A stretch of 64,000 nt of DNA from Desulfobacterales bacterium (lineage in GTDB: Bacteria; Desulfobacterota; Desulfobacteria; Desulfobacterales; JAQWFD01): contig JAQWFD010000010.1 of the NCBI GenBank assembly GCA_028704555.1, forward strand, positions 22,992-86,991, read 5' to 3'. Positions 58,106 to 64,000 of this stretch are shown in pieces. The translations under genes were made by a program, and so were the position numbers. The notes below the pieces were generated by a model. It searched no databases and was not told the DNA's origin. It saw only the letters and a list, made by a program, of their open reading frames with translations. Each line of letters opens with the position of its first letter. Position 1 is the stretch's first letter.

Positions 58106-58133
58106 GTAGGGGCACGATGCATCGTGCCCTTAC
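58106..58133. repeat. 28-nt near-perfect palindrome
   Basis: GTAGGGGCACGATGCATCGTGCCCTTAC (one G:T position). GTAGGGGCA also occurs at 58069-58077. Confidence 0.7.
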
Positions 58134-58311
58134 CATGGAACAATTTTTATCAGCAGATTATAGGCTGAGGGACGCTACGCATGAGGACGTTATAAAATAA
58201 AAGCTTTTTGCTTCTTATCTTTTGCCTCAAACGAAGTGCTCCTCAAGCGATAGCGGTCCTAAGTCCGCCTGCAAGGGCGTTGTTTTATACCACTGAAGAG
58301 GAGGATATCTG

Positions 58312-58965
58312 ATGGACAAACCGATTGAATTTTATTGGCAGACCCGGCTGGGGCAGGTGAAAACCGCTCTGGAAAATAATAACTTTGACGTGTTTCTGGC
58401 CAATAACGCCTCGGAGGCAAGAAAGGTTCTGCTGGAGACCATTATTCCCGAAATTCAACCCCGAACGGTGTCCTGGGGCGGTTCGATGACCTTTACCGCA
58501 ACCGGTATTTATGATGCGGTGAAACAATATCCCGGGCTGGAGCTGATCGATGTCTATGATAAAACCCTTTCCCGGGAAGCGTCTCTTGAACGCCGTCGGC
58601 AGGCCCTGCTGGTGGACCTGTTTATTACCGGAACCAATGCCGTGACCGAAACCGGTGAGCTGATTAATCTTGATATGATTGGAAACCGGGTTGCCGCCCT
58701 GACGTTCGGTCCCAGACATGTAATCGTACTTGTCGGACGAAACAAAATTGTTGCCGATCTGGAAGATGCCATGAACCGGATCAAGAATTATACGGCGCCA
58801 ATCAACGCCATGCGACTGGATATGAAAACACCCTGTGTGAAAACATCGAGTTGTGAAGACTGCCGAAGTCCTCAGCGAATCTGTAACACATGGACCATAA
58901 CGGAAAAGTCGTTTCCCAAAGGCCGGACCCGGATCGTTTTGATCAATGAAGATCTGGGGATTTAA
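58312..58965 (+). CDS. LUD-domain (DUF162, LutC/YkgG-like) protein
   Basis: 217 aa. FITGTNAVTETGELINLD and RHVIVLVGRNKIV are typical of LUD domains. Confidence 0.7.
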   Translation: MDKPIEFYWQTRLGQVKTALENNNFDVFLANNASEARKVLLETIIPEIQPRTVSWGGSMTFTATGIYDAVKQYPGLELIDVYDKTLSREASLERRRQALLVDLFITGTNAVTETGELINLDMIGNRVAALTFGPRHVIVLVGRNKIVADLEDAMNRIKNYTAPINAMRLDMKTPCVKTSSCEDCRSPQRICNTWTITEKSFPKGRTRIVLINEDLGI

Positions 58966-59102
58966 TCTGAAAGCGGGAAGGGGAAAACTGTTTCGGCGGG
59001 CAATGCAGATTTCTAAGTTTGAGTGAGCGGGGCGAGCGCCGGTGGCGGTAAAGCAGCGCCGGAAGATTTTCCGATGCGGTTGCCGCCTTGGCGCAAATGT
59101 GT

Positions 59103-59131
59103 TTGACAGCCGGGCTACGGTTACCTATCAT
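59103..59131 (+). promoter_or_regulatory. sigma70-type promoter upstream of the HDOD gene
   Basis: TTGACA (59103-59108), a 17-nt spacer, then TATCAT (59126-59131). Confidence 0.45.
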
Positions 59132-59274
59132 GGAATAAAATCGACTCAGCTTTGATGTCTTCTGACACAGGCCAATATTGCAACCCCGCAGTGGCTGGGC
59201 TGCAGTCACCCATGACAAATGCTGCCGGGCTATCGCCTCGCTGCTTAACCGATTATCTGCTCCTGATAACAGCT

Positions 59275-60117
59275 ATGGATAAAAATCTGATTTTTCATAC
59301 CATAAAGGATTTGCCCCCGTTTCCTGAAATCGCTCTGAAGGTGATTCAGGCGACTAAAAATCCGGATTATTGCGCTCAGGATCTGGTGGATATTATCGAG
59401 TATGACCCCAGCCTTACGGCCAATGTCCTTAAGGTTGCAAATTCGGCATATTTCGGTCTGCACGCGCAGGTCACTTCCATGAGACAGGCGGTAGCCTATC
59501 TGGGAGCCACCACAATCATCAATATATTGTTTCTGAGCGGCTGCAGCACTTATTTTCGCGGGGACTTTTCCGGATACGGGACGAGCGGTAAACAGCTGCT
59601 GATCCATTCGATTTCAACCGCCATCATGACTCGGATACTCGGGGAGCGGATCGGCATTAAAGATACATCCTCAATTTTTACCGCCGGCCTGCTGCATGAT
59701 ATCGGCAAGATCGTGTTAAGCACGTTTGTGAGGGACAAATATGATGATATCATGCGGCTGGTGGGCCAGAACAATTATTCCTTTATTATGGCGGAAAGAG
59801 AAGTGCTTGGGGTGGATCACGCATGGGTGGGGGGAGAAATGGTAAAAAAATGGAAAATTCCCCTCGAGATTGCCACACCGGTAGCCCTTCACCATGACCT
59901 CGAAAAAGCCTCGTCCGATGATATGGCAACCCCCCTTGTATATCTCGCCGACCAGGTGTATGTGCTGGTATCCGGGAACAGGGGGGACGACCGGTGGTGC
60001 TTTACAACCTTCAAACAGGCCATGGATCGCTGTCGGCTGACCGAAGCTGATATGGATGCATCTATGCTGATCCTTAATGAAACGTCTAAAAATATTCACC
60101 AGCTGTTGAGTATATAA
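59275..60117 (+). CDS. HDOD-domain signalling protein
   Basis: LPPFPEIALKVIQAT...DPSLTANVLKVANSAYFGL...AGLLHDIGKIVL is the HDOD signature. The ATG at 59275 fits domain boundaries. Confidence 0.8.
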   Translation: MDKNLIFHTIKDLPPFPEIALKVIQATKNPDYCAQDLVDIIEYDPSLTANVLKVANSAYFGLHAQVTSMRQAVAYLGATTIINILFLSGCSTYFRGDFSGYGTSGKQLLIHSISTAIMTRILGERIGIKDTSSIFTAGLLHDIGKIVLSTFVRDKYDDIMRLVGQNNYSFIMAEREVLGVDHAWVGGEMVKKWKIPLEIATPVALHHDLEKASSDDMATPLVYLADQVYVLVSGNRGDDRWCFTTFKQAMDRCRLTEADMDASMLILNETSKNIHQLLSI

Positions 60118-60311
60118 AAATAAAGCTGAACAAAGAAGGCTTGAGGCTGAAAGCTATCGAAAAAGATCAAGCCAGGCGTATACCATTGGGCCATTTTTTT
60201 ATCCCCGCCATCCCCAAACCGTAACATTCTATCCCCCCATTCCAAAATCGTAAGGGTTTCATTCATTCATTCCCAATTTTCCTTAATTCGTGTTGACATT
60301 TGTTTCTGTTT

Positions 60312-60345
60312 TTGGTTAACCTGACCTTTCTGAAAGGTTAACCAA
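60312..60345. promoter_or_regulatory. BirA operator-like palindrome overlapping the birA start
   Basis: TTGGTTAACC, a 14-nt spacer, then GGTTAACCAA: perfect 10-bp inverted repeats. A TTGACA lies 17 nt upstream (60293-60298). The palindrome ends at the A of the birA ATG. Confidence 0.7.
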
Positions 60346-61298
60346 TGGCAAAGCACGGGGTCGATTTCCACATGAAAGAAAAAATCCTGAACATGTTGAA
60401 AAAGAAAAATGAAGTGGTGTCAGGGGAAAAATTGAGTTCGGAACTCGGTGTCTCCCGGGTTTCCATATGGAAACATATCCGGAGTCTTCAGGATGCGGGG
60501 TATGATATTGTTTCACATCCCAGGGGGTATCAGCTTGTCTCGTCTCATGATGCCCTGTTCCCGTGGGAATTTCCCGGCAGAACGCCAAATATGCATTATT
60601 TTACTCAAACATCTTCAACAATGGATGCAGCCCGGCAGCTGGCCCGGGACGGATGTCCTCAATTTACCGTGGTCGTGGCAGAGCGTCAGTCAAACGGGCG
60701 GGGGCGGCTGCAGCGGACCTGGTACTCATCAGAAGGGGGGCTGTATTTTACGACGGTTCTCCGGCCTCAGCTTCCGCTGGGTTTAAGCTTCAGGGTGAAT
60801 TTCTGTGCGTCGCTGGTTCTGGCGAGGCAGCTTCGGCAGATGTTTGATATACCGGCAACCGTGAAGTGGCCGAATGATATTTTAGTGGGAACCCGCAAGC
60901 TTTGCGGCATGCTTTCGGAAATGGAAGCAGAATCTGACGCGGTCTCATTTGTGAATATCGGTATCGGCTTAAACGTCAATAATGACCCCACCCCGGATGA
61001 GCCCAGGGCCGTATCGTTGAAAACGCTTCTGGGGCGGGAGGTTTCCAGAAAAGATATCCTGAGGCGGTTTCTCGATGAATTCGAGCATCAGGTAACCCAT
61101 CGAATTCATGAAGATGTCATTCCCGAATGGAAAACATATACATCGACGTTGAATCAGCAGGTTAGAATTGTCACGGTTCGTGAAACCACCGAAGGGCTGG
61201 CCGTGGATGTCGATGACACCGGCGCGCTGGTGCTGAAACTGGCGGACGGCTCCTTGAAAAAAATTATTTACGGGGATTGCTTTTATCGGGATAGGTGA
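60345..61298 (+). CDS. birA: bifunctional biotin-[acetyl-CoA-carboxylase] ligase / biotin operon repressor
   Basis: N-terminal winged HTH (GEKLSSELGVSRVSIWKHIRSLQDAGYDI), biotin-binding loop GRGRLQRTW, KWPNDIL. Confidence 0.9.
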   Translation: MAKHGVDFHMKEKILNMLKKKNEVVSGEKLSSELGVSRVSIWKHIRSLQDAGYDIVSHPRGYQLVSSHDALFPWEFPGRTPNMHYFTQTSSTMDAARQLARDGCPQFTVVVAERQSNGRGRLQRTWYSSEGGLYFTTVLRPQLPLGLSFRVNFCASLVLARQLRQMFDIPATVKWPNDILVGTRKLCGMLSEMEAESDAVSFVNIGIGLNVNNDPTPDEPRAVSLKTLLGREVSRKDILRRFLDEFEHQVTHRIHEDVIPEWKTYTSTLNQQVRIVTVRETTEGLAVDVDDTGALVLKLADGSLKKIIYGDCFYRDR

Positions 61299-61330
61299 CG
61301 GCAGAGGCCAGAGGCCAGAAGCCAGAGGAC
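61299..61330 (+). repeat. heptamer tandem repeat (GCCAGAG, about 4 units)
   Basis: gcagagg ccagagg ccagaag ccagagg begins 3 nt after the birA stop codon, in the 51-nt birA-bioY spacer. Same CAGAG-type unit as 26724-26763. Confidence 0.8.
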
Positions 61331-61349
61331 TGATTAAGGAAATTATACC

Positions 61350-61886
61350 ATGAACGTGTCCGGGCAGCTTCGAATGACTGTGTATGCCTCGCTGTTGGCG
61401 GCGCTGACGGCGGCGGGGGCCTATATCGCGATACCCATCGGTCCGGTGCCCGTAGTGTTGCAGAATATGTTTATTTTTCTTTCCGGTATTTTATTGGGAA
61501 GTCGCTGGGGGCTTGCCAGTGTCGGGGTGTACCTGCTGGCCGGGGCATGCGGCCTTCCGGTGTTCGCTGGTGGTGTCGGGGGGATCGGGCGCTTTATCGG
61601 TCCAACCGGCGGATATCTTCTGGGATATCTGCCGGCCGTGTATGTGATCGGTCTGATCTCGGAAAAGACAAAGCCGGTTGCCGTATTTGACGTCATGGCC
61701 ATGCTGTGCGGGGGGGTAATCATCTATGCCTGCGGTGCCTCCTGGTTGAAGATGATCACGGGCATGGACTGGGGCAAAGCGCTGGCTGTAGGGATGAATC
61801 CGGTGTTTCTGGCAGGGGATGCAGTGAAAATTTCAGCGGCAGTGGCTGTTGCCAAAGCGTTGCGTCCGGTCATTTATCGGGCATAA
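61350..61886 (+). CDS. bioY: biotin transporter S-component BioY
   Basis: 178-aa multi-TM protein with PITLQ-like PVVLQNMF and GPTGGYL motifs. Follows birA. Confidence 0.85.
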   Translation: MNVSGQLRMTVYASLLAALTAAGAYIAIPIGPVPVVLQNMFIFLSGILLGSRWGLASVGVYLLAGACGLPVFAGGVGGIGRFIGPTGGYLLGYLPAVYVIGLISEKTKPVAVFDVMAMLCGGVIIYACGASWLKMITGMDWGKALAVGMNPVFLAGDAVKISAAVAVAKALRPVIYRA

Positions 61887-61976
61887 TCGAAGGGGGACCG
61901 GAAAAACAGAAAGCTGCCGGCAAAAGGAAAAAGGGGGTTGGCGGTCGTTTTCTGTCCGGGGCGTCTTACGATTTTC

Positions 61977-62114
61977 GGGCTTGATCATAACCGCGGCCAT
62001 AACGTCGTGAGGACCGTCCCGGGCGTTTCCGGCTTCTCCAGCACGATACGGGGGGAACGGCCGGGACTTCGAAACTACACGTAAGAGAATATGGCCGCGG
62101 TTATGATCAAGCCC
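61977..62114. mobile_element. palindromic MITE, medium class, copy F (inverted relative to C)
   Basis: Termini GGGCTTGATCATAACCGCGGCCATA ... TATGGCCGCGGTTATGATCAAGCCC. Flanks are CGATTTTC / CGATTTTA (7 of 8). Confidence 0.85.
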
Positions 62115-62127
62115 CGATTTTATAACC

Positions 62128-62157
62128 GATTGATTATGATTATGATTGTGATTGTGA
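62128..62157 (+). repeat. hexamer tandem repeat (TTRTGA, 4-5 units)
   Basis: gattga ttatga ttatga ttgtga ttgtga, immediately followed by the ecfA ATG at 62160. Confidence 0.7.
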
Positions 62158-62159
62158 AT

Positions 62160-62909
62160 ATGAAACTTATAGAAATCACCAACCTGACGCATCGATTCGC
62201 AGATGGCACCATAGGCCTTGATTCGGTCAGCCTGACGATTCATGAAGGAGAATTTGTTGTGGTTGCCGGACAGAACGGATCCGGCAAAACCACCTTGATG
62301 AGACATTTTAACGGGCTGTTAATGCCGGCTTCCGGTGAGGTAAAAATTGACGGCATTGCAGTGTCCGATGACCTGAAACGGGCAAGACAGCTGGTGGGAA
62401 TGGTATTCCAGGATGCCGACAGCCAGATTGTCGGTGAGACGGTGTATGAAGACGTGTCATTCGGGCCGGAAAATCTCGGATTGAAAGGCCAGGGGCTGAA
62501 GCGGTGTGTAACCGATGCGATGGCATCTGTGGGGATCAGTGAAATCGCCGAACAAAGACCCCATCAGCTTTCCGGCGGTCAAAAACGAAAGCTTGCCATT
62601 GCAGGCGTTCTTGCGATGAAACCGCGGGTGATTATTTTTGACGAACCTTTTTCCAACCTCGATTATCCGGGGGTAAAGCAGGTTCTTCAGCAAATCCTCG
62701 ATCTTCATCAATCCGGGCATACGATTATACTGATTACCCATGATCTGGAGAAGGTGATCTATCATGCGAGCCGGCTCGTGATTATGGAGAAGGGGAAAAT
62801 AGTCAGGGATGGCATTCCTGAGAAGGTAATCGGAGAGGTCGAACAGTTCGGCATCCGGACGCCCTGCGCATACCGGATGGGAATGGAGACCGAATCATGG
62901 CTGAGGTGA
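62160..62909 (+). CDS. ecfA: ECF transporter ATPase component (BioM/EcfA/CbiO)
   Basis: Walker A GQNGSGKTTL, LSGGQKRKLAIAGVLA, IIFDEPFSNLD. The ATG at 62160 (MKLIEITNL) is preferred; the ORF-track start at 62091 is inside the MITE. Confidence 0.85.
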   Translation: MKLIEITNLTHRFADGTIGLDSVSLTIHEGEFVVVAGQNGSGKTTLMRHFNGLLMPASGEVKIDGIAVSDDLKRARQLVGMVFQDADSQIVGETVYEDVSFGPENLGLKGQGLKRCVTDAMASVGISEIAEQRPHQLSGGQKRKLAIAGVLAMKPRVIIFDEPFSNLDYPGVKQVLQQILDLHQSGHTIILITHDLEKVIYHASRLVIMEKGKIVRDGIPEKVIGEVEQFGIRTPCAYRMGMETESWLR

Positions 62910-63658
62910 CGTGTTTTTGCTATCATCCATCGGAATCGGTTCTGCATGCCATTGATGCGCGGTTTAAAATGGCGTGTCTCATCATGATGAGCCTCTGTAT
63001 CGTAAACTCCGGTGCATGGGCCCTGGCTGTATTGACAGCAGCGTTTGTGGCACTCAGCCGCGCCGCCCGGCTGCCGGTTATCCGGCTGGCCGGAGAGCTT
63101 CGCTTTTTCGGGTTGTTTCTCGGGTTCGTATTTATCGCAAGGGCGCTGTCTTTTCCAGCGCCATCCGATGTCACTATTATGAAAGTTGGTATTTCTTTTC
63201 CGGGACTTCGGGATGCCGGACTTGTCAGCTGGAGACTGTTGCTGATCGTTTTATGCGGCTTTATGTTTATTGCCGCTACGAAATCTTCAGAAATCAAGCG
63301 GGCCATTGAATGGTATTGCCGGCCATTTCCATTTATTCCGGGTAAACGGATTGCAACCATGATCGGATTGATCGTGCGATTTTTGCCGGTGATATTCCAG
63401 CAGATTCGTGAAACTTCCGATGCCCAGCGGGCCCGGTGTATCGAACAGCGAAAGAATCCGGTGTCCCGGGTAATTCGGCTGGCGGTTCCTCTGATTCGGC
63501 GAACATTTGAAACCGCGGATAAACTGGCAGTTGCCATGGAAGCAAGGTGTTATAATGAAGACCGTACTGCGGCGGGTAGTTTTGCCGCGGCTCCCAGAGA
63601 CTGGCTTGCTCTCATGACGGTGGTGGGCTTATGCGCTGTCTGTCTTTTTCGCCATTAA
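62897..63658 (+). CDS. ecfT: ECF transporter transmembrane T component (BioN/EcfT/CbiQ)
   Basis: 253-aa CbiQ-family membrane protein with the Ala-Arg-type coupling helix region (AMEARC). 13-nt overlap with ecfA. Confidence 0.8.
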   Translation: MAEVTCFCYHPSESVLHAIDARFKMACLIMMSLCIVNSGAWALAVLTAAFVALSRAARLPVIRLAGELRFFGLFLGFVFIARALSFPAPSDVTIMKVGISFPGLRDAGLVSWRLLLIVLCGFMFIAATKSSEIKRAIEWYCRPFPFIPGKRIATMIGLIVRFLPVIFQQIRETSDAQRARCIEQRKNPVSRVIRLAVPLIRRTFETADKLAVAMEARCYNEDRTAAGSFAAAPRDWLALMTVVGLCAVCLFRH

Positions 63659-63850
63659 ATGAAAAACAGCTGTTTTATATCAGGCCGTATTTTTATGTTG
63701 CATTTTGAGATCAAACCCGGTAAGAGTATAAAAATAAATGCTGCTTCAACCATGCGCGGTCTGAGAGCGAACTCAAAGAAACTTTCAGGCCGAATTTTTT
63801 TACTTGACAAGGACAGCGAAAGTATATTAAAGACAAAACTTTAACAATAT

Positions 63851-63923
63851 GGGCCGTTAACTCAGTTGGCAGAGTATCTGCCTTTTAAGCAGAGAGTCGC
63901 TGGTTCAAGTCCAGCACGGCCCA
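63851..63923 (+). tRNA. tRNA-Lys (anticodon TTT), CCA not encoded
   Basis: GGGCCGTTAACTCAGTTGGCAGAGTATCTGCCTTTTAAGCAGAGAGTCGCTGGTTCAAGTCCAGCACGGCCCA. Anticodon stem TCTGC/GCAGA with loop CTTTTAA. Confidence 0.9.
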
Positions 63924-63942
63924 TCATTATCAGCAATAACAT

Positions 63943-64000
63943 GCGTCCCTATCGTCTAGCCTGGCCCAGGACACCGGCCTTTCACGCCGGCAACAGGGGT
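63943..64000 (+). tRNA. tRNA-Glu (anticodon TTC), 3' end truncated by the window edge
   Basis: GCGTCCCTATCGTCTAGCCTGGCCCAGGACACCGGCCTTTCACGCCGGCAACAGGGGT. Anticodon stem CCGGC/GCCGG with loop CTTTCAC. The T-arm is only begun. Confidence 0.8.

Noticed and set aside
58015-58200. 61-aa ORF downstream of mpl.
   Set aside because: It starts inside the heptamer array and spans the GTAGGGGCA palindromes, so it is a repeat-derived artefact.
63659-63844. 61-aa ORF between ecfT and tRNA-Lys(TTT).
   Set aside because: It is AT-rich and has no RBS. The region more plausibly holds the tRNA promoter (TTGACA at 63804), although the -10 spacing is ambiguous, so no promoter was called.

Overview
This is a chromosomal, mostly housekeeping window from a Gram-negative bacterium. 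Gene order looks Desulfobacterota/deltaproteobacterial: DUF374-msbA, DUF4416, a split atpZ-atpI-atpB-atpE operon and a long-N-terminus HflX. That placement is inference only.

Gene content by region:
- 1-20.3 kb: a lipid A / LPS-export / heptose-containing core-oligosaccharide cluster. It holds lpxB, DUF374, msbA, lptF, lptG, waaA, lpxK, several GT2/GT9/GT4 transferases, one GT-C membrane transferase, and hldE-gmhA-hldD on the opposite strand.
- 20.9-28.4 kb: ycaR-like, DUF4416, yicC-remA-gmk, rlmB, icd, comF, pgeF, pyrK-like.
- 29-30.7 kb: ATP synthase F0 genes only.
- 31-37 kb: ADP-forming acetyl-CoA synthetase, uvrA, pdxA.
- 37.6-38.3 kb: a conspicuously AT-rich, ORF-free region directly upstream of dnaA (oriC candidate).
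- 40-48.4 kb: glcD-like, suhB, hflX, dnaB, rplI, DUF2232, rpsR, rpsF.
- 48.8-64 kb: tRNA-Lys(CTT), a divergent Tpt1/KptA-like protein, hemL, an MBL-rhodanese plus split YeeE/YedE sulfur module, a PACE-family transporter, cobB, mpl, LUD- and HDOD-domain proteins, a birA-bioY-ecfA-ecfT biotin operon with a palindromic operator, then tRNA-Lys(TTT) and a partial tRNA-Glu(TTC).

I found no prophage, defence island, CRISPR array or clearly novel protein-coding system.

The unexpected layer is noncoding:
1. A palindromic MITE family in three size classes (about 73, 140 and 255 bp). Six copies are flanked by 8-bp target-site duplications, four of them perfect and two matching at 7 of 8 positions. Several sit inside operons or promoter regions.
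2. A second repeat family placed just after the stop codons of rplI and hemL.
3. Heptamer and hexamer tandem repeats in very short intergenic spacers.
4. Several long structured noncoding gaps that none of the annotated features explain.
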